From an uncultured Eubacteriales bacterium (lineage in GTDB: Bacteria > Bacillota > Clostridia > Oscillospirales > CAG-272): a stretch of DNA of 64,000 nucleotides. A model generated the notes under the pieces. The model was not told the origin of the DNA. It did not search any database and saw only the letters and a program-made list of their open reading frames with translations. Positions 37,037 to 45,207 of the stretch are shown here, in pieces (the first letter of the stretch is position 1; the number at the start of each line of letters is the position of its first letter). Location of the stretch: assembly GCA_934486825.1 (NCBI GenBank), contig CAKSQF010000012.1, positions 14,751-78,750 of the forward strand, given 5' to 3'. A program made the translations under genes and the position numbers.

Positions 37037-38682
37037 TCCGCACTTCCTCCTTCCGGTTCACGCAGACGCGCACATATCTCTCCGACCGTCGTACAGCCGT
37101 CAAGAACACCATGCGACATTGCCGCCGCCGCAGTCGTATAGAATCTGCTGTCGGTGAGAAAGTCGGTCCTGTCCGACCGCGATATTATCCTGCCGTCGAA
37201 AAAGAGCGCACAGCTGTCGGCGGTACAGGCGGCAAATTCGGCGTCATGCGTGACGCAGACGATTGTCATATCATTGCCGTCGCGGAGAGCTTTGAGCGCT
37301 TTTGCAAGCGTCAGCACCGATGCGCGGTCAATCCCCTTTGTCGGCTCGTCGAGCAGGAGAAGCGACGGCTTTTTTGCCGTGACCTTGGCGAGCGCGACAA
37401 GCTGCTGCTCACCCCCCGACAGGTCATACGGATGGCGGTCGTAAAAAGGCGACAGATCAAACGGAAAAGATTTTTCGTCGAATCCCACCTCGGCAAGCTC
37501 CTCTCTTACGCTGTCAAAGACAAAAAGCTCTCTGACATCCTGCGGCATGAGCGAAACGAACGAGGCGAAAAGACTCCCGTTTTTATAATCCCGATGCTTT
37601 TTTCCAAACAGCCGCACACTGCCCGCATAGCAGGGGAGAAGTCCCGCGGCAACCGACAGAAGTGTCGATTTTCCGCATCCGTTGCCGCCGAAAAGACAGA
37701 ATATCTCTCCCCTGTACACCTCAAGTGACAGATCGCGCAGAACATCGGGCAGTTCCCTCCGGTATCTGAAGCAGACATTTTTCAAAGAAAGTGCGATTTC
37801 CCCGCTTTTTACGGGTTTTGCGGATTTTTCGGACACCCGCGACCCCGACGGATGATATTCCGAAATCAGAAAGCTCCTGCCATCCCTTACCGTAAGCGGG
37901 CATCTGCCGCCGTCCCCTTTTTTCAGTTCGTTGTACATACGCACGGGTGCGGGCATCAGTGACAATATCTCCGGCATCCCCGAAAGTCTGCCGCACACCT
38001 CGGACGGCTTGCCGTTTGCGACAACTCTGCCGCCGTCAAGTATAATTATACGATCGGCAAAGGGGAGAAGGCGGTCAAGTCTGTGTTCGGACAGTATGAC
38101 CGTAACTCCGTTTTCGCGATTCAGTCTGACCAGCGTATCGGTAAACGCCGTCGCGGCTATCGGATCGAGCCTTGCCGTCGGCTCATCGACAATAAGAAGC
38201 TCGGGATCACCCGCCATAACCGACGCAAGGCAGAGAAGCTGTTTCTGCCCGCCCGAAAGCTCGCAGACTCTTTTGCCCATTATATCCGAAAATCCGAAAC
38301 AGCCCGCAGTTTCCGCGACCGTTTTTTCAAGCCTTGCGGGATCGGGTCCCATATTCGACAGCGCAAACGATATCTCGTGTCTTACCGTATCGGTGACGAT
38401 CTGCGCCTCGGGATACTGCATGACATACCCGATTGAAAAAGCCGCGCTCTTACCGTCAAGCTCTTCGATCGGCGTGTTTTTGAACAGAATACTACCCGAT
38501 TTCTCCCCGCTCGGGGCAACGGAACTCTTTATAAGCGAAAAAAGAGTGGATTTGCCGCTTCCGGTCGCGCCGCAGACAAGGACAAATTCACCCTCGGAAA
38601 CCGAAAAACCGACCGAGTCAAGCGCGCCACGATCGCTTCCGGCATAGCGGAAGCTCAGATTTTCGACATCAAGTATTTCCAT
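37033..38682 (-). CDS. ECF transporter fused duplicated ATPase (EcfA-EcfA')
   Basis: Two ABC cassettes: Walker A GATGSGKST and GGNGCGKST, signatures LSGGQKQ and LSGGEQQ. ATG at 38682 is 9 nt after GGAGG. Confidence 0.85.
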   Translation of the reverse strand: MEILDVENLSFRYAGSDRGALDSVGFSVSEGEFVLVCGATGSGKSTLFSLIKSSVAPSGEKSGSILFKNTPIEELDGKSAAFSIGYVMQYPEAQIVTDTVRHEISFALSNMGPDPARLEKTVAETAGCFGFSDIMGKRVCELSGGQKQLLCLASVMAGDPELLIVDEPTARLDPIAATAFTDTLVRLNRENGVTVILSEHRLDRLLPFADRIIILDGGRVVANGKPSEVCGRLSGMPEILSLMPAPVRMYNELKKGDGGRCPLTVRDGRSFLISEYHPSGSRVSEKSAKPVKSGEIALSLKNVCFRYRRELPDVLRDLSLEVYRGEIFCLFGGNGCGKSTLLSVAAGLLPCYAGSVRLFGKKHRDYKNGSLFASFVSLMPQDVRELFVFDSVREELAEVGFDEKSFPFDLSPFYDRHPYDLSGGEQQLVALAKVTAKKPSLLLLDEPTKGIDRASVLTLAKALKALRDGNDMTIVCVTHDAEFAACTADSCALFFDGRIISRSDRTDFLTDSRFYTTAAAAMSHGVLDGCTTVGEICARLREPEGGSAE

Positions 38683-39536
38683 CTGCACGCACCTCCGATC
38701 TCATAAAAAACAGGCAAAAACGAAATTGCCGCACAGCATGCGGTCGCCGTATAAAAAAGCGGTCCGTCGTGCGGAAGGCTGACCGTCGGATAAAAGGTCG
38801 CCGAAAACACCCCTCCGAAGCCTCCGACCGCAACGCAGGCGGTCGCCGCAACAGTCAGCGATATGATAACGGCGTCTCCGATATGCATCGGGAAACGCTC
38901 GGCGAAGGTCGGTCTGCCGATGCCGTAGCCGCGCGCACTCATGCTGTCTGCGGTCGTTACCCCGTTTTCGATCGCCCATGATGCGACCGACATGAATATC
39001 CGGAGCTTTGCGCGGAAAAAATCAATGAGATTGCCGTCCTTATACAGCCCGAGCGTTTTCTGTGCGTCGGAAGTCCGCCTGAACTGCTCTCTGAAAAGCG
39101 GGACAAATCTCACCGTCATCGAAAAAAGCAGCGACAGTCTGGGCGACAGTCTCCGAAGCAGATAGGCTGTCCGTTCCGCGTCGGTTATTTTTGAAAAAAC
39201 GGCGAAACGGCAGACCGCCGAAAGGATCACCGCCGCCGAGGTCATCCCGTAAAGCAGATCCTCAAGCGTTATGCGCATATCGTTGACAAAAAAAAGAACT
39301 GTCGCGCCGTTGTGCGAAAAAATCGGATTTATTGCCGACAAAATGCAGAAAAACGCCGCTGTTCCGACTGTTTTCCCGACAATAGCGGCGCGGTCTGTGT
39401 AAAAAAGCAGGTGCAGATATGCTCCCGCAAACGATATTCCCGCAACGCGCGGGTCAAAAATAAAAACAGGTATGCAGATCGCCGCCGCGTAATAGACAAA
39501 AAGCGCGGTCGGGCAACGGTCCTCAAAGCTTTTCAC
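38655..39536 (-). CDS. ECF transporter transmembrane (T) component, CbiQ family
   Basis: 293 aa multi-TM with RFVPLFREQFRRTSDAQKTLG and SMSARGYG motifs. GTG start 6 nt after GGGAGG. Confidence 0.8.
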   Translation of the reverse strand: MKSFEDRCPTALFVYYAAAICIPVFIFDPRVAGISFAGAYLHLLFYTDRAAIVGKTVGTAAFFCILSAINPIFSHNGATVLFFVNDMRITLEDLLYGMTSAAVILSAVCRFAVFSKITDAERTAYLLRRLSPRLSLLFSMTVRFVPLFREQFRRTSDAQKTLGLYKDGNLIDFFRAKLRIFMSVASWAIENGVTTADSMSARGYGIGRPTFAERFPMHIGDAVIISLTVAATACVAVGGFGGVFSATFYPTVSLPHDGPLFYTATACCAAISFLPVFYEIGGACRWKYLMSKI

Positions 39537-41179
39537 TGCGTACCTCCCCCGTCATCGGCGTAAACGCGGCTCACATCCCTGCCGAAATCCAGGGTATAAT
39601 GCCATTCGACAAGATCGCCGTCCGACAGAACAAATTCGTCGCATCCGACCGACGGCATAACGCCGTTTACAAAATAGACCCAGCCCGACAGATCGCCGTA
39701 AACGTGATCCCTTATAAACGCGATCGACAAAACATATCCGTTTCTTTCGTCGAACTGTATTTTTCCCCGCTTTGCGGCTTCAACAAGCAGATCAAGCACG
39801 GTTTCTCCCTCGTGTATATCGATCGCCATGTCTTTTATAATTACTCCGTCCTTCGGAACAGCATCGTCGCCGCTGTCGGCAATAACGTCGCAGCGTATCG
39901 AAATCCTTACCGTTCCGAAGCCCTTTTCGGCGGCATCCGTTTCCGAATAATAGCCACCCGGAGATCTGATGTCGGTAAAGGCGGTCGCCGCGATTATCAG
40001 CGCCGCGGCAAGGATCAGCGGCAGAATATGCTTCGGTCCCCTTTTTCCTTTGACATAAAGTATCAGGCAGACCGCCGCCGCAAGAAGTGCGACCGACACG
40101 CCGACCACGAGCTTGTATATCGGTACCTTATGACCGGAATCGGTCTTTCCGCCGTCCGTGACCGTCGGTGCTTTTTCGGTCGTCGGCTGGCGCACTGTCG
40201 TCGGAGCCTTGGTTGTCACACGGTCGTCGGTGACCGGAGGCGGCTCGGGAGCGCCGTCCTCATACATGTAAAACGTTCCCCCGTCGGTGTGGAAAAGCTT
40301 TGCGGAAACAAGCGCGCAGAGCGCCTGAACGGTCGCCGTTTTGTTTGAAGCTCCGTCCGGGAAATGCGCAAATCCGCCGTCTGCCGTCCGATAGGAGAGA
40401 AGCCTGTCGGTCATCGGCAGGAAGCTGTCGGAGCTGTCGGGATCGACCCCGATTGCGTGAAGCGCGATCATCACCTGAGCAAGGCTCTCGCAGTTTTCCT
40501 TTCCGAACGAGGCAAATCCGCCGTTTTCAAGCTGTCTTGCCGACAAAAATGCCGCCGCTTTGTCGATCGCATCCGAAACATCGCTTCTGTTTTCCCTGTG
40601 CGGTGCGATCGCCTGCATCACCATAGCGGTGGTATCGACATCGGGATTTGTCCCGATGACCGCCCAGCCGCCCGACGGAAGTGCCGCCCCGAGAATTTCG
40701 TCAAGCAGGTCGGACGCCGTATATGCCTCCGAGCCTGCACCGTTATTTATCAGATGAAGGGCAAAAACAAGGCTCATTATTCCCTGCCTGCCCGCGGTTC
40801 TGTCAACCGCATCCCCGACTTTTTCGGGTCTGCCCGAAAAGATGAGTGCAAGGCTTACGCGCTGTATCGCAACCGCCCCTTCGATCTCCCCGTCCGAAAG
40901 CCTTTTTTCAAGCTTTTCGGCATACGCCGAAAGGTCGATTCCGAAATGAGCTCTCGAAAGAGCGATTGCATACCAGTCTGTCGAAAGTCCCGCGCCGTCG
41001 GCTATCTTTTCGGACAGTCCGGAAAGAGAGGAAGCCGAAAGCTCTTCGGCGATTCTGTCAACGGTCGTTGCGATTTCGCTGTCGTAATCGGTGATTTCAG
41101 CCGCACTCCGCGCCATGGGTGCGACGATAAGACAGACTGCCGCCGCGACTGCGGACAAAAATCCGACATACTTTTTCAT
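39533..41179 (-). CDS. Membrane-tethered transcobalamin-like protein (prenyltransferase-like alpha/alpha barrel + TM hairpin + DUF4430)
   Basis: Signal peptide. GGW/NGGF/DGGF repeats (residues ~150-290). Thr/Pro linker. Two TM helices. C-terminal GWVYFVNG...PSVGCDEFVLSDGDLVEWHY. ATG at 41179 is 8 nt after GGGAGGG. Confidence 0.7.
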   Translation of the reverse strand: MKKYVGFLSAVAAAVCLIVAPMARSAAEITDYDSEIATTVDRIAEELSASSLSGLSEKIADGAGLSTDWYAIALSRAHFGIDLSAYAEKLEKRLSDGEIEGAVAIQRVSLALIFSGRPEKVGDAVDRTAGRQGIMSLVFALHLINNGAGSEAYTASDLLDEILGAALPSGGWAVIGTNPDVDTTAMVMQAIAPHRENRSDVSDAIDKAAAFLSARQLENGGFASFGKENCESLAQVMIALHAIGVDPDSSDSFLPMTDRLLSYRTADGGFAHFPDGASNKTATVQALCALVSAKLFHTDGGTFYMYEDGAPEPPPVTDDRVTTKAPTTVRQPTTEKAPTVTDGGKTDSGHKVPIYKLVVGVSVALLAAAVCLILYVKGKRGPKHILPLILAAALIIAATAFTDIRSPGGYYSETDAAEKGFGTVRISIRCDVIADSGDDAVPKDGVIIKDMAIDIHEGETVLDLLVEAAKRGKIQFDERNGYVLSIAFIRDHVYGDLSGWVYFVNGVMPSVGCDEFVLSDGDLVEWHYTLDFGRDVSRVYADDGGGTQ

Positions 41180-41229
41180 TATCATTCCCTCCCATTCCGT
41201 AATTTCCGTAATTATACCGACCCTTCGGT

Positions 41230-42009
41230 TCAGTCCTCCCTGCTGCGGCGTCTGCCGACCGCAACGGCGGTTCCCGCAAACATGAGCGCAATGAAGGTGA
41301 TAACAAACGGAATAAATGTCATATCGCCGGTCTTGGGTACATCGGTCACGCCGACAAGTGCCACCGGCGGAACGATAGCGCTCCCCTCAACCGATGCGCT
41401 TATGACATGATTGCCCGCTTTAAGCGACGCAAGCTCGACCTTGCCCGATTCGTCGGTTTTCAGCTCCGTCGCCTTGCCGTCAATATAAATAACCGCACCT
41501 GCGACAGGAGAAACGACGGTATTGTAGTTGTCATCATAGCCGAGCCTGCTCAGCATAAGGGCTACCTTCTCTCCCTCAACGGCGGATACCGTAATCTTAT
41601 CGAAATAGCAGTATGCGTCCGAGAAGTTCTGCGTATCGGTGTAGATGTAAGCGGCAACATAGTCGCCGTTCTTAACCTCGTCGAAAAGCCCGGAAGCCGG
41701 GACGTTGTTTACGCAGTAGCCGACATTCGATGTCGAAACGCCCCACAGCTTTGTGATATAACGGCCGTACTGTCCGTCAGCCGTTTCGTATCCGTCCTTT
41801 TTGTACTTTTCGTGTGTAATTACAAGCACGTCGTTGACGGTAAGCTTGCCGTCGCCGTCGGCGTCGGTAAGCGCAACCTTTTCGGCTGACAGCTCAAGCT
41901 TGCCGTTTGCGACCGTAACGTAGACCGACGCTTCGTCGGCAGACAAAGCGGGCATCATCAGTCCGACCGCAATGGCAACAACGGTCAGCAGACAAATAAA
42001 TTTTTTCAT
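41230..42009 (-). CDS. Sortase-anchored surface protein with an N-terminal DUF4430-like domain
   Basis: Signal peptide. VYVTVANG...TVNDVL...YITKLWGV...VKNGDYVAAYIY pattern. C-terminal sorting signal VPKTGD + hydrophobic helix + RRRSRED. Confidence 0.7.
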   Translation of the reverse strand: MKKFICLLTVVAIAVGLMMPALSADEASVYVTVANGKLELSAEKVALTDADGDGKLTVNDVLVITHEKYKKDGYETADGQYGRYITKLWGVSTSNVGYCVNNVPASGLFDEVKNGDYVAAYIYTDTQNFSDAYCYFDKITVSAVEGEKVALMLSRLGYDDNYNTVVSPVAGAVIYIDGKATELKTDESGKVELASLKAGNHVISASVEGSAIVPPVALVGVTDVPKTGDMTFIPFVITFIALMFAGTAVAVGRRRSRED

Positions 42010-42293
42010 GACAGATCATTTCCTTTCTTGTTTTTTTCGGCAAGCCGCCTTGCCCGGGCGGCACGTGCGCGTTTTTCGCGGTTTTTCTCAATGCGGTCGC
42101 CGCTTCTTGCCTCTTTAAGACCCGCCGCTTCAAGTGCGCGCGGCCACGGTCCGAGAAACGCCTTGATAGCGACCACCTCGGCTTCTTCGAAATCCGAACG
42201 CTTCGGAAGACGCGACTCGCCTGATGCCCGGAGCTTTTCCTGCTTTTCGACAAGCAGTCGGGTACAGTCGGCAAAGTCATATTTCTTCTTCAT
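42006..42293 (-). CDS. Small basic protein (95 aa) with an FLGPWPRALEAAGLK motif
   Basis: First ORF after the riboswitch, with an ATGA overlap to the next gene. The motif resembles the homing-endonuclease-associated repeat as I recall it. Lys/Arg-rich tail. Confidence 0.55.
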   Translation of the reverse strand: MKKKYDFADCTRLLVEKQEKLRASGESRLPKRSDFEEAEVVAIKAFLGPWPRALEAAGLKEARSGDRIEKNREKRARAARARRLAEKNKKGNDLS

Positions 42294-42390
42294 TTCCAAA
42301 GTCACAACCCTTCAGTTTCCGAATAAATGCAAAAACGCTTTCTGACGGCATTTTCGGGGTGCCGACAAAAAGCGCAACAATGACAGGCTG

Positions 42391-42621
42391 AAAAAGGCAG
42401 AGACCCCCCTTGTCCGGAGGCTGTGTTTTTTTACAGCCGATCGGTTGCACTTTTCTCTGCCCAAAAATGTCGGACGGCATATATAAAACCGTCACCGAAG
42501 CAGATACGGCAAGTATTCCGACTTACGGGCAGGTTCTGCCCGCTCACGGTAATGGCGGTTGCGTCGGATTTTCACCGATCTTCCCTCTGATCCGACAGCC
42601 TGAGCCGTCGGAACCGTATCC
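42391..42621 (-). promoter_or_regulatory. Cobalamin (B12) riboswitch with putative terminator expression platform
   Basis: Aptamer 42503-42621 (minus strand): P1 GATACGG/CCGTATC, GGTTCC, AGAGGGAAGATCGGTGAAAATCCGA, CGCCATTACCGTGAGC, and B12 box AAGTCGGAATACTTGCC. Downstream, GGCAGAGA (42454-42461) pairs with TCTCTGCC (42396-42403) followed by U5. Confidence 0.85.
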
Positions 42622-42639
42622 GCATATTCGATTTCTGTT

Positions 42640-42668
42640 ATTTTACCACAGACAAAGAGAATTGTCAA
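42640..42668 (-). promoter_or_regulatory. Promoter of the riboswitch-controlled operon
   Basis: Minus strand TTGACA-17 bp-TAAAAT, about 12 nt upstream of the aptamer P1. Confidence 0.65.
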
Positions 42669-42675
42669 TCACCGC

Positions 42676-42709
42676 AAAAAAACTTCCGGCGGTTGCCGGA
42701 AGTTTTTTG
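42676..42709 (-). terminator. Terminator after the GH43-like gene
   Basis: AACTTCCGGC-AACC-GCCGGAAGTT followed by T7 on the minus strand (A/T runs on both sides). Confidence 0.85.
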
Positions 42710-42718
42710 TGATTATAC

Positions 42719-44941
42719 TTACCAGACGGGAGTGATCTTCATCGACTGCACGCCGAAACATTCGCCGGTGACACGCAGTCCCGCACGTCCCGAAACATTG
42801 CCCATCGGGATGTCGTATGAGAAAAGCTCCTTCCCATCGACCGAAACCGCGATCCTCTGCCCCTTTGCGGCAACCGAAACATCGTGCTCAAATCTGCCGC
42901 AATCGTCAAGCGTATAGTTTACGAGTATTTTTTCTCCGTAATTCCATTCGATAAGCGATATGTTTCCGCAACCGATGCGCACCGAATATCCGTAGCCCGC
43001 ACGCGCCGGCTGTGAGCCGAAATAGCTCTCCTTCTGCATCCTGAACATGAACTCACAGCCGCCGGTCGAATTCATGTAACCGGTCATATGAGCGTCGATG
43101 CGGTAGTCGGTCCAGCCGTGTCCGCCGACGTATACAAAACCGTCGTTTTCCGAGCAGGAATAGCCGACCTCCTTGCTTATCATACTGCCGCGACCCTTCC
43201 AGCCGAATATATCGGCGTCATGGCAGAGCCTGCCGTCCTCCACGAGAGTAAGTTTTTCGACGTCCTCAACCTCTGCAAGCTCAAAGCTGTCAATCACAAA
43301 GTCGCATCCCGCTCTGACGACCAGCTTCCCGAGTCCGCCGCAGAGCTTCACCCTGCCGAGCAGGACCTTTGCCGAGCCGTCATGATCGTAGGCGGTCGGT
43401 GCGGCTGCAACCAGCTCTCTGCCGTTTACATCGACTCTCACACCCGCGTCTGCCTGTCTGACATGCGCGCATACCGTGTACAGTCCGTCCGCCTTTACGT
43501 TTATCGGGAAGGTGAAAACGCTTCCTACGGTTGCCTTTACGCAGTAAATATCTCTGCCGTTTTCGATGCATGCAAGCTTTGCGTGATCCTCGATTGCATG
43601 AACCGCATCCATGCGTCCCGGAACCGCCTTTGTGACAAATTTGTCACTGCTTCCGTCCGAATATGACGAAAATCCGACAAATCCGACTGTCGCGTTTTCG
43701 GGAAGGAGCGAAAATCCGATCCTTCCTCCCTTGCAGGACGAGTTCCACTTCAGAAATTCCTGATTGTTGTTGAGCATCAGAAGCATCTTTCCGTCGTGAT
43801 GTCTCGTAAAGCGGTAAGAGTTGTTCGAACGCATTACAATATTGGAAGGAAGTTCGCCGATCGCAAGCACCCTGCCGCCCTCGGTGACCCGCACGGTACG
43901 TCCGTTTACCGCGATCCTGCCCTTGCCGCCCGCATATACAAGCTCAAAATCCTCTCCCTTTGCGTTGACGTTTATCTCCGCCGTATAGAGAGCGGGTGTC
44001 GCCTTTTTCGTAAGCAGCAGTTTTTCGCCGTCCTTTTCGGAGCCTGCAAGCTCATCGGTGCCGCGCACCGAATAATCGGCAAGTGACGGCTTTTCCTGAT
44101 CCCACCATATCGTGTTCGCATACATTCTCGAACCGTTGAAGAAGAGTCTGTCAACATTCATGCTGCGGTGATGCGGTTCTTTGACAAGCTCATACGTGTG
44201 ATATATGATGTAAGCACCGTCCATGTCGGGCGCAAGCGCGCTTGAGCTGTGTCCGAGGGCATGAAAATCGTCGCCGACCTCGGCAAGCACCACCCGGTTC
44301 TTCATGTTGGTATAGCCGGACACGGGTGAACTGTCGGATACCGAGTAGGCAACCTTGTAGCACTTGCTGAGCAGATGGTTGCCCGTATATGTAAGGAAGT
44401 ATTTGCCGCCGTGGCGAAGCACCATCGGACCCTCGGTCCAGCCGTTCAGACAGCTCTCGCCGATCGGCGTTCCGGGCAGATCGACCGTTTTCGGGTCGGA
44501 CATTGTATGAAAATTGATTCCGTTCCCTTCCGCGCGGTAAAAATAGCTTCTGCCGTCGTCGTCGATGAAGAAGGAGCCGTCGATGCGCTGACCGAATCTT
44601 CCGGTGACCTGCTTGTACGGACCCTCGGGCTTCGACGCTTCAAGGATGAAATGCCCGTTTCCGTGCGGAGATGTACACATATAGAATTTGCCCTTGTTGT
44701 AGATGACCTCGGGCGCATAACCGCCGATTATGTCGGGCAGTTTGCACGCAACTCCGAGATATGTCCAGTCAACAAGGTTATCGGAGCGCCAGCAGTGCAG
44801 ATCATGGGTCATTTTCCCCATTGAAAAGAAACCGCCTGCCGAAAAATAAAGATAATACCGTCCGTCGTATCTCATTACAAACGGATCGCCTGTGTTGCCC
44901 GCGTCGGGCGCCTTGAACGGGTTTCTGTACATATTTTCCAT
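42719..44941 (-). CDS. GH43-like beta-propeller glycosidase with C-terminal beta-sandwich domains
   Basis: N-terminus MENMYRNPFKAPDAGNTGDPFVMRYDGRYYLYFS, with later GYAPEVIYNKGKFYM and IDGSFFIDDDG (propeller Asp/Glu motifs). ATG at 44941 preferred over the GTG at 44971. Confidence 0.7.
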   Translation of the reverse strand: MENMYRNPFKAPDAGNTGDPFVMRYDGRYYLYFSAGGFFSMGKMTHDLHCWRSDNLVDWTYLGVACKLPDIIGGYAPEVIYNKGKFYMCTSPHGNGHFILEASKPEGPYKQVTGRFGQRIDGSFFIDDDGRSYFYRAEGNGINFHTMSDPKTVDLPGTPIGESCLNGWTEGPMVLRHGGKYFLTYTGNHLLSKCYKVAYSVSDSSPVSGYTNMKNRVVLAEVGDDFHALGHSSSALAPDMDGAYIIYHTYELVKEPHHRSMNVDRLFFNGSRMYANTIWWDQEKPSLADYSVRGTDELAGSEKDGEKLLLTKKATPALYTAEINVNAKGEDFELVYAGGKGRIAVNGRTVRVTEGGRVLAIGELPSNIVMRSNNSYRFTRHHDGKMLLMLNNNQEFLKWNSSCKGGRIGFSLLPENATVGFVGFSSYSDGSSDKFVTKAVPGRMDAVHAIEDHAKLACIENGRDIYCVKATVGSVFTFPINVKADGLYTVCAHVRQADAGVRVDVNGRELVAAAPTAYDHDGSAKVLLGRVKLCGGLGKLVVRAGCDFVIDSFELAEVEDVEKLTLVEDGRLCHDADIFGWKGRGSMISKEVGYSCSENDGFVYVGGHGWTDYRIDAHMTGYMNSTGGCEFMFRMQKESYFGSQPARAGYGYSVRIGCGNISLIEWNYGEKILVNYTLDDCGRFEHDVSVAAKGQRIAVSVDGKELFSYDIPMGNVSGRAGLRVTGECFGVQSMKITPVW

Positions 44942-45004
44942 ATAGATAACACTTCCCTTCGGAAATCCCACCCTCTTGCATGGGAATACTGATTTTTCAC
45001 GGTC

Positions 45005-45033
45005 ATTTTAACAGATTGCACAGTGGATGTCAA
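45005..45033 (-). promoter_or_regulatory. Promoter of the GH43-like gene
   Basis: Minus strand TTGACA-17 bp-TAAAAT. Confidence 0.6.
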
Positions 45034-45207
45034 TAGTTTTTTGTATATTGTCACAAAAAATAATTTTCAAAAATTTTTTAAAATTTTCAGATTTTTTGTC
45101 ACACCTTATTCTTTTTTTACGTCCTACTGTGTGAAAAGAAAAATTCATATATGTTCGTTTCGCAAAACGGATGCGTCCCGCATTTTTGTAATCAAAGGAG
45201 AACAGCA

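Noticed and set aside
39599-41410. 249-aa and 348-aa plus-strand ORFs.
   Set aside because: Antisense to the transcobalamin-like and surface-protein genes. The translations are Arg-rich, with no RBS.
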